Assembly (NCBI GenBank): GCA_019120415.1
Contig: DWVF01000060.1
Coordinates: forward strand, 18,978-82,977
Source of the DNA: Candidatus Sutterella merdavium
GTDB lineage: Bacteria > Pseudomonadota > Gammaproteobacteria > Burkholderiales > Burkholderiaceae_F
Reading direction: 5' to 3'
DNA: 64,000 bases
Of this stretch, positions 44,892 to 53,996 are shown in pieces (positions within the stretch are counted from its first letter, which is position 1; every line of letters begins with the position of its first letter). Position numbers and translations under genes: made by a program. Below the pieces are notes generated by a model. That model saw only the letters and a program-made list of their open reading frames with translations, ran no database searches and was not told the DNA's origin.

Positions 44892-46700
44892 TCAGCCCCG
44901 CGTGCCGCGTTTTTGCTCCTTGAGAGCCTCCTGCGCGGCCACGTCGAAGTCAGGGCTCACCATCATCGTGCGCAGCGCGCCCGCGGCCACTTCGTTGAAG
45001 ACGGGGCCCGCGGCCTTGCCGCCGAAATGCATCCCGCGCTTGGCCTCGTCGATCATGACGGCGATCACGAAGCGCGGACGCGTCGCGGGAATGATCCCGA
45101 CGAAGCTCGCCACGGTGTCGTCGACGTAGCGGCCGTTCTTCACCTTGTTCGCGGTGCCGGTCTTCCCGGCCACCGTATACCCCGCGACCTTCACGATCGA
45201 GGCCGTGCCGCCGCGGCGCACCGTATTCATCATCATGGCCCGAATGCTTCGCGCCGTTTCGGGCTTGAAGACGGGCTCGCCCTTGACGACCTCCCCTTCG
45301 GGACGCTTGTAGAGCGTGAGGTCGATCACGTCGCCGTCGCGCGCGATCGCCGTGTAGGCGCGCACGAGCTGCAGAAGCGAGACCGTCACGCCGTGACCGT
45401 AGGAAATGGTCGCCTGCTCGATCGGGCGCCAGGTCTTGGCGGGGCGAAGCCGTCCCGCCGTGGCGCCGGGAAAGCCGATCGACACGGGTCGGCCGAAGCC
45501 GAGCTTCGAATACATGTCGCCCAAGACCTGCGGCGCAATTTCGAGGGCGATCTTGACGGTGCCGATGTTGGAGCTTCGCGCCACGATCTCCGCTACGGTG
45601 AGAAGGCCGTAGTCGTGAATGTCCCCGATCGTACGGTCGCCGATCGTGAGTTTTCCCGGGGCCGTCTGAATCGTCGTCATCGGCGTGACGATCCCCATGT
45701 CGAGCGCCTTGGCGATCGCAAAGGGCTTCATGGTCGAGCCCGGCTCGAACTGGTCGGTGATCGAGCGGTTGCGAACGAGGTCGAACTTGATCCCCGCCTT
45801 GTCGTTCGGATCGTAGGCGGGCGAATTGACGAGCGCGAGAATCTCGCCCGTCCGGACGTCCGCGACGATGACCGCCCCCGCCTTCGCTTCGGCGTTCTTG
45901 ACGGCCGCGTTGAGGGCGTCGTAGGCGATGAACTGAATGCGCGAGTCGATGGAAAGCTGGACGTTTTGCCCCGGACGGGCTTCGACCGCCCAGACGTCGT
46001 CGACCACGCGTCCGAAGCGGTCGCGAATCACGCGGCGCACCCCCTCTTCCCCGCGCAACGTGCGGTCCATGGCAAGTTCCACGCCTTCCTGACCGTGGTT
46101 TTCGGAGTCGGTGAAGCCCACGATGTGCGCAAGCACGGGGCCGTCGGGATAAAAGCGCCTCACTTCGGGCGTGATGCCGATGCCAGGAATGCCGAGCTTG
46201 CGCACGGTTTCCGCGGTCGAGACGCTTTCGCGGCGCGCGAGATACACGAAGTGCGGAGAGGACGGATGCTCGAGTTTGCGGCGAAGCGACGAGTACGACA
46301 TGCCGAGCGTCTTGGCGAGCGTCTGCAGATCCTTCTTGTCGGCCTTGAGCGTGAAGGCGGGGTCGGCCCAGATGTTGCGCACCGGCAGGCTCGAAGCGAG
46401 GACGACGCCGTTGCGGTCGAGGATTTCGCCGCGCGTGCTCGCGAGCGACACCGTGCGGGCGTAGCGGTATTCGCCCTGACGCTGCAGAAAGTCCGTGTTG
46501 AGGACCTGCAGATAGAAGGCGCGCACGGCCAGGCCCAAAAAGCCCGCCACGATGAGGAAGAACGCCACGTAGGTGCGGGCGGGCGGGATGCGCACGACGA
46601 TGAGCGGACTGCTCTCGTCGCGCGGACGCGCCTCTCTTCTCTCGCGGTCACGCGAGAGAAGCGTGAGGAAAAAGCGGCGGATGCACGAAAAGATCTTCAT
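44892..46700 (-). CDS. ftsI: Penicillin-binding protein 3 (FtsI)
   Basis: RGEILDRNG, EPGSTMK (SxxK), SSN, GKTGT. Confidence 0.96.
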   Translation of the reverse strand: MKIFSCIRRFFLTLLSRDRERREARPRDESSPLIVVRIPPARTYVAFFLIVAGFLGLAVRAFYLQVLNTDFLQRQGEYRYARTVSLASTRGEILDRNGVVLASSLPVRNIWADPAFTLKADKKDLQTLAKTLGMSYSSLRRKLEHPSSPHFVYLARRESVSTAETVRKLGIPGIGITPEVRRFYPDGPVLAHIVGFTDSENHGQEGVELAMDRTLRGEEGVRRVIRDRFGRVVDDVWAVEARPGQNVQLSIDSRIQFIAYDALNAAVKNAEAKAGAVIVADVRTGEILALVNSPAYDPNDKAGIKFDLVRNRSITDQFEPGSTMKPFAIAKALDMGIVTPMTTIQTAPGKLTIGDRTIGDIHDYGLLTVAEIVARSSNIGTVKIALEIAPQVLGDMYSKLGFGRPVSIGFPGATAGRLRPAKTWRPIEQATISYGHGVTVSLLQLVRAYTAIARDGDVIDLTLYKRPEGEVVKGEPVFKPETARSIRAMMMNTVRRGGTASIVKVAGYTVAGKTGTANKVKNGRYVDDTVASFVGIIPATRPRFVIAVMIDEAKRGMHFGGKAAGPVFNEVAAGALRTMMVSPDFDVAAQEALKEQKRGTRG

Positions 46701-47038
46701 CGCTTCGCCTCTTTTCGCTCCGCCTCAGCGGGCGCATCGGATTTCTTCGCCTCCGCGCCCTCGAGAATCACGGTGTGCGCGCCGTCCACGGGCACGAGCC
46801 CGAAGGCGGCGGCCGAGTCGGAAATGCGACTCGGGAGCGACGCACGGCGCACGCGCATGAGAAGCTCCGCCTGATCATCCTTGAGGCGGCGCTCCACGTC
46901 GATGGCGCGCTCGTGTTCGACAAAGAGCTGACGCATCCGATAGCGTTCGTTGACGAGCATCACGCTCCCCGCAAGGAGCGCAATCCCCATCACGATCGAG
47001 AGGATGAACAGCACTTTTTCGCGCTCCTTCCCGTTCAC
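46697..47038 (-). CDS. ftsL: Cell division protein FtsL
   Basis: Short TM plus coiled coil between rsmH and ftsI; GTG start overlaps the rsmH stop. Confidence 0.82.
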   Translation of the reverse strand: MNGKEREKVLFILSIVMGIALLAGSVMLVNERYRMRQLFVEHERAIDVERRLKDDQAELLMRVRRASLPSRISDSAAAFGLVPVDGAHTVILEGAEAKKSDAPAEAERKEAKR

Positions 47039-47988
47039 GGCGTCGTCTCCGACCAGGGTTGGGCCGTACGCGTGCCGACGCGCAGGATGGCGGAGCGTGC
47101 GCGGGGATTCGCGCTGCATTCCTCTTCGCTCGGGCGAATGCGGCGGATGTCGACGAAGGTGGGCTGCGGAAGATCTTCGGCGCGGATCGGCAGCCTCGGA
47201 TCGAGTTTTTTCTCGGGGTGCGACGCTTCGTCGAAGAAATGCTTCACGATGCGGTCTTCGAGCGAATGGAACGTAATGACGGCGAGACGCCCCTCGGGTT
47301 TGAGGAGGGCGCCCGCGGCGCAGAGCGCCGCGCGCAGTTCGTCCAATTCCCCGTTCACGGCGATCCGCACGGCCTGGAAGGTCCGCGTGGCGGGATGCTG
47401 ATTCGCGTCCTTGCGGTTTCGCGGCACGACGGACGCGACGAGATCGGCAAGTTCTTTTGTGGTGCGCACGGGAGCCGTGGCGCGGCGCTCGACGATGCGG
47501 CGAGCGATGGCGCGGGCGAAGCGCTCCTCGCCGTACACCTTGAGAACCCGGGCGATGTCTTCTTCCGAGCGGGTTTCGAGCCACTCCGCGGCCGTGGGGC
47601 CCGTCGTCGTGTCCATGCGCATGTCAAGGGGCCCGTCGAAGCGGAAGCTGAAGCCCCGTTCGGCGTCGTCGATCTGCGGCGAAGAGACGCCGATGTCAAG
47701 GAAAATGCCGTCGACCGCCGTGACGCCGCGCTCGGCGAGGGCTTCCCGCATCGTCGAGAAGGGCGCGTGCACGATCGTGAAGCGCGGATCCGTGATTTCC
47801 GCCGCCGCCCGAACGGCCTCGGGATCGCGGTCAAACGCGATCAGCCGTCCGTCGTCGGAGAGCTTGGAGAGGATGCGGCGCGCATGTCCGCCGCGGCCGA
47901 AAGTGCCGTCGACGTAAAGCCCCGAAGGATTTCCTACGAGGGCTTCCGGGGATTCTTCTCCCAATACGGACAGATGAACGAAGGTCAC
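47035..47988 (-). CDS. rsmH: 16S rRNA m4C1402 methyltransferase
   Basis: DGTFGRGGH, DIGVSSPQID, GPLDMRM, FHSLEDRIVK, NPRARSA. Confidence 0.97.
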   Translation of the reverse strand: MTFVHLSVLGEESPEALVGNPSGLYVDGTFGRGGHARRILSKLSDDGRLIAFDRDPEAVRAAAEITDPRFTIVHAPFSTMREALAERGVTAVDGIFLDIGVSSPQIDDAERGFSFRFDGPLDMRMDTTTGPTAAEWLETRSEEDIARVLKVYGEERFARAIARRIVERRATAPVRTTKELADLVASVVPRNRKDANQHPATRTFQAVRIAVNGELDELRAALCAAGALLKPEGRLAVITFHSLEDRIVKHFFDEASHPEKKLDPRLPIRAEDLPQPTFVDIRRIRPSEEECSANPRARSAILRVGTRTAQPWSETTP

Positions 47989-48012
47989 GGGGTTCTCCGA
48001 AAAGGCGGCGGA

Positions 48013-48435
48013 TCAAAAAACAAAATCGGCCGCGCAAGCGCCCGCGGTCGCGGCGTCTTCTTCGGCTTTCTGCCAACGCGCGCGGTCCCAGAGTTCGAAG
48101 TGTTCGCCGAGTCCCAAAAGAACGACGTCGCGATCGAGTCCTGCCAATTCGCGCAGAGACGTCGGAACGAGCAGTCGCCCCGCCTTGTCGAAGGCCACGC
48201 TTTCGGCGCTGCCGAGCACGAGACGCTGCAGAGCCCGCGCGGAAAAAGGCAGGCGCGCGAGTTCGTCGCGTTTGCGCGACCAGACGGATTCGGGATAGAG
48301 AAGAAGACACCCGTCGGGGTGACGGGTAAAGACGAGCCCCGCCTCTTCGTTTTCGGCCAGGGTCTCGCGATGCCGCGATGGCATGCTGAGCCGTCCCTTG
48401 ACGTCAAGTTTCAGAAGCGAAGTCCCTTGAAACAC
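48013..48435 (-). CDS. mraZ: Transcriptional repressor MraZ
   Basis: (M)FQGTSLLKLDVKGR, DKAGRLLVP, FELWD; GTG start. Confidence 0.94.
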   Translation of the reverse strand: MFQGTSLLKLDVKGRLSMPSRHRETLAENEEAGLVFTRHPDGCLLLYPESVWSRKRDELARLPFSARALQRLVLGSAESVAFDKAGRLLVPTSLRELAGLDRDVVLLGLGEHFELWDRARWQKAEEDAATAGACAADFVF

Positions 48436-48504
48436 TTTCGATGGTCCCCGTAACGTTCGGCGGGAGAATCGGAACGTCTTCCGACTCGATGAGAGGCCGC
48501 TCAT

Positions 48505-48560
48505 CCCACTTTTTCCCACCAGATCCTGAGCACTTTACTCAGAGCGGTCTTCGGGGTCAA
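48505..48560 (-). promoter_or_regulatory. dcw (Pmra) promoter with MraZ operator repeats
   Basis: Minus strand TTGACC, 17 bp, TAAAGT, followed by two GTGGG repeats at a 10-bp period (48515-48519, 48505-48509). Confidence 0.78.
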
Positions 48561-48604
48561 GAAAAAGACGGTATTTTTTGCAGCTCGTTACGGGGCCCGG
48601 AAGG

Positions 48605-48640
48605 AAAAAGGGAGCCGCGGATCCCTCCGGCGACTCCCCT
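48605..48640 (-). terminator. Terminator after the acyl-CoA synthetase gene
   Basis: Minus strand GGGAGTCGC...GCGGCTCCC-TTTTT. Confidence 0.7.
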
Positions 48641-48656
48641 TCGGCGCCCCTTTGCC

Positions 48657-50762
48657 TCAGCGGTCGAGGCGGATGCGCCCGTCCACGGCCACGGGCTCGC
48701 CCGTGCGGTCCGAGACGATCAGCGGATTGATGTCGAGTTCGACCACTTCGGGGTAGTCGGCCACTAGCTGCGAGAGGCGCAGAAGCGTCTCTTCAATGCG
48801 GTCGATCTGCGCGGGCGTCGTCCCGCGGGCGCCCTCGAGAAGCGCGAACGAACGAATCGAACGGACCATGTCCGAAGCGTCCTGATCCGTAAGCGGCGCG
48901 ACGCGGAAGTTCACGTCCTTGAGCACCTCGACGAAGACGCCGCCGAGACCGAACATGAGAAGCGGACCGTACTGCGGATCGGTGGCGACGCCGCAGACCA
49001 TCTCGCGCGAACCCTTCACCATTTCCTGGATCAGCACGCCTTCGAGCCCTTCGAGGAGTCTCTTTTCCTCGAGTCGGGCGACGAGGTCGCGGTATTCGCG
49101 GCGCAGCATTTCGGCGTCGGTGATGTTGACGCGCACGCCGCCCACGTCGGTCTTGTGCGAAGTCGTCTTCGACGTCATCTTCATGACGACGGGATAACCG
49201 ATGCGGTCGGCCGCCGCCACGGCTTCGTCCTCCGTCTTCGCGAAGGCCGCGCCGCACACGCGGATTCCGTAGGCTTCGAGAACGTCGATGCTCTCGCGGG
49301 TCGTGAGCTCAAGGCGCCCTTCGGAGCGCGCCGCGGCGAAGATCGCGTCGACGCGCGCGCGGTCGACTTCGAAGCTCGGCACGACCCCTTCGGGACGGCT
49401 CTCCCAAAGGCGCTGCTGATTGAGGCGCATGAGGCCGTCGGCCGCCTCCTCGGCGTACATGAAGAAGGGCATGTTGACCTTCTTTTCCGAGAGGTTCGAG
49501 AAGAAGTCGTTCTTCGTCATGAAGACGCCCACGACGGGCTTTTCGGGGTGACGCGCCTTGATTTCCATGAGAGCGTCGGCCACGTCCGTGTCCTTGAGGC
49601 CGAGGAAGGGAAGATAGATCACCATCACCATGTCGACGCCTTCGTCGGCGATCACGGTTTCAAGCGTCTGCTTGTAGTGTTCGATCGGCGCCGAGGCGAT
49701 CATGTCGACGGGGTTCTTCACGGAGGCGGCGGCAGGAAGGAACGAACGCAGCTTCGTCTTCGTTTCGTCGGAGAGCTGCGCCATCTTCATGCCGTACTCG
49801 CACACGGCGTCGGTCGCCATGATGCCCGGCCCCCCGGAATTCGTGATGATCGCCACGCGGTCGCCCTTCGGAATCGGGCTCGTGGCGAAAACCTTGGCCG
49901 TGGCGAAAAGCTTCTGAAGCGAGAATTCGCGGATGACGCCCGACTGGCGAAGGAGCGCGTCGGCCGCCTTGTCGGCGCCGGCGAGCGAACCCGTGTGGGA
50001 GGAAGCGGCGCTCGCGCCCGCGGCCGAACGCCCGGCCTTCAGGGCGAGAACGGGCTTTTTCTTCGAGATGCGGCTAGCAAGGAGGCGGAAGTTCGCCGGA
50101 TTCTGAATCGACTCCATGTAGAGGAGAATCTGCTTGACGTCCTCTTCGTCCTCCCAGTATTCCAGCGCCGTCTCGGCATTGACGTCCGCCTGGTTGCCGA
50201 TCGAGATGAACTGAGAAAAGCCGAGGTTGAGGTCCTTGAGGATGTTGAGGATGCCGCCGCCGAGCGCGCCCGACTGAGAGACAAAGCCGATGCCGCCGCG
50301 CTCGGGAAGGCTTTCGGCAAAGCACCCGTCGAGCCGCACGTCGGGGTGCGTATTGACGACGCCGAGGCAGTTGGGCCCCACCGCGCGCATGCCGTAGCGG
50401 CGGATGCGTTCGAGAAGTTCCTTTTCGAGGGCCGCCCCTTCGGCTCCGGTTTCCTTGAAGCCCGCCGTGATGATGCACAGCCCCCGGATGCCCTTGGCGT
50501 GGCATTCGTCGACGGTGGAGAGAACAAAGTTGCGGTTGACGACGACGATCGCGAGATCCACGTCGCCCGGAATTTCGCCGACCGAACGGTACACCGTGCG
50601 CCCTTCGATGACGCCGCCCTTCGGATTGACCGGATAGATTTCTCCCCGGAAGCCGTACTCGGTCAGACGCTTCATCAGGTCCGATCCGATGGTGTGCGCG
50701 CGCGTGGAGGCGCCGATCACGGCGACGGCGCGGGGCTTCATGATGTTGTCCAAAATGCCCAT
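48657..50762 (-). CDS. Acetate/acyl-CoA ligase (ADP-forming), fused alpha-beta
   Basis: VAVIGAS, GPNCLG, SQSG, SSHTGSLAG (phospho-His), TNSGGPG, HKTDVGGV ATP-grasp, ELDINPL. Confidence 0.9.
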   Translation of the reverse strand: MGILDNIMKPRAVAVIGASTRAHTIGSDLMKRLTEYGFRGEIYPVNPKGGVIEGRTVYRSVGEIPGDVDLAIVVVNRNFVLSTVDECHAKGIRGLCIITAGFKETGAEGAALEKELLERIRRYGMRAVGPNCLGVVNTHPDVRLDGCFAESLPERGGIGFVSQSGALGGGILNILKDLNLGFSQFISIGNQADVNAETALEYWEDEEDVKQILLYMESIQNPANFRLLASRISKKKPVLALKAGRSAAGASAASSHTGSLAGADKAADALLRQSGVIREFSLQKLFATAKVFATSPIPKGDRVAIITNSGGPGIMATDAVCEYGMKMAQLSDETKTKLRSFLPAAASVKNPVDMIASAPIEHYKQTLETVIADEGVDMVMVIYLPFLGLKDTDVADALMEIKARHPEKPVVGVFMTKNDFFSNLSEKKVNMPFFMYAEEAADGLMRLNQQRLWESRPEGVVPSFEVDRARVDAIFAAARSEGRLELTTRESIDVLEAYGIRVCGAAFAKTEDEAVAAADRIGYPVVMKMTSKTTSHKTDVGGVRVNITDAEMLRREYRDLVARLEEKRLLEGLEGVLIQEMVKGSREMVCGVATDPQYGPLLMFGLGGVFVEVLKDVNFRVAPLTDQDASDMVRSIRSFALLEGARGTTPAQIDRIEETLLRLSQLVADYPEVVELDINPLIVSDRTGEPVAVDGRIRLDR

Positions 50763-50853
50763 GGAGTCCTCTCAGTTCGTAATGGGTGAGCGCGCCTTCG
50801 CGGCGCGTAACGATGAAAAGAGAGTGTAGCGATTTTCGGGACGCCGACAAAGC

Positions 50854-50888
50854 AAAACGCACCGTCCTTTCGGATGAACGGTGCGTTT
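50854..50888 (-). terminator. Terminator after rnpB
   Basis: AAAACGCACCGT...ACGGTGCGTTT inverted repeat. Confidence 0.75.
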
Positions 50889-50907
50889 CGGAAGAAAATC
50901 CAGGCGC

Positions 50908-51209
50908 AAAAGCCGAGCTGTAAGCCGGATTATGTTCCCGGCAAAGTCCCGGGTGACGATCATTCATCTAGGACGTTGCTCGCGCAACGCCTCAAGCCAT
51001 CTACCCGCGGCCGGATCGGGCCGATCCGTTGGCCGCCTATTTGATGTTGCTCCCCGTAGAGATTGCCCGTTTCACCCGACCCGAAGTCGGCTCGTCTCTG
51101 TTGCTCTAATCCGCGCCTCACGGCGGACAGGTGTTACCTGCTACGGCGCCCTGCGGAGTCCGGACTTTCCTCCCGCGGTTGCCCGCCGACGATCGTCCGC
51201 TCGCCTTTC
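50908..51209 (-). ncRNA. rnpB: RNase P RNA, type A
   Basis: Minus strand GAGGAAAGTCCGG, GCAACAGAGA, GGTGAAA, GAGCAA...AAATAGG, CCTAGATGAATG, AACATAATCCGGCTTA; ends approximate. Confidence 0.95.
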
Positions 51210-51357
51210 ACGCAAGGAGGGAACTCTACAGGATTTTTCGGCGGGTCGGGGGAAATTTGCAATTTTTCTGCGATCTTGTCACGAACGACGGCGCGCGGTT
51301 GTGGGAGAATGTCCCGTTTCCCGTACACAACACAGAATCTCTCTTTCGGAGACCATC

Positions 51358-52527
51358 ATGCAACACGCCACCGTGCGTTCCGCACTGGCCGCTCTCGGCT
51401 GCGCCGCCCTTCTCGGCTCGGCTTCGGCCGGCACTCTTTCGGACGTTTTCTCGGCCGTCGTCGACACGACGCCCGCCGGCCTCGCCCGTTCGTCCGCCGA
51501 GCGCGACGGATCTTGGGGCGGCTTCTGGGAAGACACGAAGCGCGGCTCCGAGTACATCATGGAAGAGGGCAAGACGCTCCTCGTGCTCCCCACCTACACC
51601 AATCACCCGCGCTGGGACTGGGACAACAAGGATCAGGAAAACGGCTATCCCTTCGGCATGGGGCTTGCCCGTCAGGTGATTGACGAACACGGCAACGAAC
51701 GCATGTTCTTCCTCGTGAACTTCGTCGACTCCAACTACCGAATCGAACCGATGGTCGGCTACTCCTGGGTGGCCCGCTATCCGATTTTCAACACGGGCTG
51801 GCACTACGGCGCGGGTTACCTCGCCGGGATCACGGTCCGCGGCGACTACTACTATCTGCCGGCGCCGCTGCCGTTGCCCGTCGCCAAGATCGGCAACGAC
51901 TGGTTCAGCTTCTACGGCACCTTCATTCCGTTCACGAACGTCTTCTTCTTTTACAGCTCGTTCACGTTCGACGACGTCCAGAGCCGCAAGATGCCGCTTC
52001 CCGCGACGAGCCCCTGGGCGAAGAACACCGACTTCGTCTACGGCGGCTACGGCTTCACCCGCACCGACAACGGCGAGGAACACTCGCCCTCGCGCGTCGA
52101 CAGCGACACGTCCTGGCACGTGGGCTGGCGCCACTACTCGGGCCGCAGCTGGGCGACGGACCTCTCCTACCGCAAGTCGACCCACGCGGTCACGCGTGCG
52201 GCGGGTCCGGGCGAATACGATCTCGACGTCGAAATGCTCGCGCTGCAGATTCAGTACAACATCGACGCCTTCGACAGCTTCCGCTTCTATGCGGGCGGCG
52301 GCATCGGCTATTCGCGCGCCGAGAATTCCCGCGGCGACGATGACGACAGCATCCACCCGGTTCTCTCGATGGGCGCCACCTACGCCGTGACGGACCATCT
52401 CTTCATCGACGCTTCGATGACGACCTCCTTTGCGCGCTTCACCGGCGTCGCGGAGGACCGCCACGACGACTACGCCATCCGCGCGATGCCCGTCGACTTC
52501 GCCCTTTCGGTCGGCCTTGCCTTCTGA
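51358..52527 (+). CDS. PagP-like lipid A acyltransferase fused to a second 8-stranded outer-membrane beta-barrel
   Basis: Signal peptide; PagP motifs LPTYTNH, FVDSN...EPMVGY, GITVRGD...PLPLP, TFIP...NVFF; then an OmpW/OmpA-like barrel (FYAGGGIGYS, MGATY, SVGLAF end). Confidence 0.75.
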   Translation: MQHATVRSALAALGCAALLGSASAGTLSDVFSAVVDTTPAGLARSSAERDGSWGGFWEDTKRGSEYIMEEGKTLLVLPTYTNHPRWDWDNKDQENGYPFGMGLARQVIDEHGNERMFFLVNFVDSNYRIEPMVGYSWVARYPIFNTGWHYGAGYLAGITVRGDYYYLPAPLPLPVAKIGNDWFSFYGTFIPFTNVFFFYSSFTFDDVQSRKMPLPATSPWAKNTDFVYGGYGFTRTDNGEEHSPSRVDSDTSWHVGWRHYSGRSWATDLSYRKSTHAVTRAAGPGEYDLDVEMLALQIQYNIDAFDSFRFYAGGGIGYSRAENSRGDDDDSIHPVLSMGATYAVTDHLFIDASMTTSFARFTGVAEDRHDDYAIRAMPVDFALSVGLAF

Positions 52528-52549
52528 GGACGATTCGAAAACCCTTCGC

Positions 52550-52583
52550 AAGGCGCCCCGCCCTCCGGCCGGGCGCCTTTCTT
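52550..52583 (+). terminator. Terminator after the pagP-like gene
   Basis: AAGGCGCCC...GGGCGCCTTTCTT. Confidence 0.7.
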
Positions 52584-52711
52584 ATACCGTTCGCAACGCC
52601 TTTTAATGGGATCTTCAGCGTCGGACGGCTACAATCTCGTTCATTCTTATGTTTTTGTCCCAGGAAGTCCCCATCCGCGACTTCCGACCTTCCGAATTTG
52701 GAGACTCTACG

Positions 52712-53992
52712 ATGGATCGCAATGAAGCACTTTTTGACCGTGCCCGCGAAGTCATTCCCGGCGGCGTGAATTCCCCCGTCCGCGCATTCCGTTCCGTGGG
52801 CGGCGCCCCCCGCTTCATCCGCCGCGCCAAGGGCCCCTACATGTGGGACATCGACGACAAGCAGTACATCGACTACGTCCTCTCCTGGGGTCCGATGATC
52901 CTCGGCCACAACGACGACCGCGTCACGGCGGCGCTCCATGAAGCCGTCGACCGCGGCATTTCGTTCGGCGCCGCCACCGAAGGCGAAGTCGTCATCGCCG
53001 AAGAAATCCGCAAGCTCGTTCCCTCGATGGAAGAGGTCCGCCTCGTGAGCTCGGGCACGGAAGCGGGCATGTCCGCCATCCGTCTCGCCCGCGGCTACAC
53101 GGGCCGCAACAAGATCGTGAAGTTTGAAGGCTGCTACCACGGCCACTCCGACTCCCTCCTCGTCAAGGCGGGCTCGGGCCTTCTCACCTTCGGCAATCCC
53201 TCGTCCGCGGGCGTGCCCGCCGGGATTACGGAACACACGATCGTTCTCGAATACAACAACCCCGAACAGCTGCGCGAAGCCTTCGCCAAGTGGGGCGACG
53301 ACATCGCCTGCGTCATCGTTGAAGCCTTCGCGGGGAACATGAACCTCGTGCGCGGCACGCAGGAATTCATCTCGACCATGCGCGAGCTCTGCACGAAGCA
53401 CGGCGCGCTTCTCATCGTCGACGAAGTGATGACGGGCTTCCGCGTGGCGCTTCACGGCGCGCAGTCGCTCTTCGGCGTCACCCCCGACATCACGATGCTC
53501 GGCAAGGTGATCGGCGGCGGCATGCCCGTGGCGGCCTTCGGCGGACGCCGCGACATCATGGAAAAGATCGCTCCCTGCGGTCCCGTCTACCAGGCGGGCA
53601 CCCTTTCGGGGAACCCCGTCGCGGTCGCCTGCGGCCTTGCGACCCTCAAGCTCATCCAGGAACCGGGCTTCTATGAAAAGCTCGGCGGCCAGGCGCAGAA
53701 GCTCATCACCGGCCTCACCGAAGCCGCGCGCGAAGCGGGCGTTCCCTTCTGCGGCGACAGCGTGGGCGGCATGTTCGGGATCTACTTCCTTGAAAACATT
53801 CCGACGGGCTTCGCCGACGTGATGAAGGCCGATCAGAACCACTTCAATCAGTTCTTCCACGGCATGCTCGAGCGCGGTGTCTACTTCGCGCCCTCGACCT
53901 TCGAAGCCGGCTTCGTTTCGATCCAGCATACCGACGAAGTGATCGAGCGCACGATCGAAGCCGCCCGCGCCACGTTCCGTGAAATCAAGTGA
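52712..53992 (+). CDS. hemL: Glutamate-1-semialdehyde 2,1-aminomutase
   Basis: [48 protein letters not shown]. Confidence 0.97.
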   Translation: MDRNEALFDRAREVIPGGVNSPVRAFRSVGGAPRFIRRAKGPYMWDIDDKQYIDYVLSWGPMILGHNDDRVTAALHEAVDRGISFGAATEGEVVIAEEIRKLVPSMEEVRLVSSGTEAGMSAIRLARGYTGRNKIVKFEGCYHGHSDSLLVKAGSGLLTFGNPSSAGVPAGITEHTIVLEYNNPEQLREAFAKWGDDIACVIVEAFAGNMNLVRGTQEFISTMRELCTKHGALLIVDEVMTGFRVALHGAQSLFGVTPDITMLGKVIGGGMPVAAFGGRRDIMEKIAPCGPVYQAGTLSGNPVAVACGLATLKLIQEPGFYEKLGGQAQKLITGLTEAAREAGVPFCGDSVGGMFGIYFLENIPTGFADVMKADQNHFNQFFHGMLERGVYFAPSTFEAGFVSIQHTDEVIERTIEAARATFREIK

Positions 53993-53996
53993 TCGC

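Noticed and set aside
50881-51357. N-terminal extension of the 548-aa ORF in the track
   Set aside because: It is antisense to rnpB; the signal peptide and GGAG RBS point to ATG 51358
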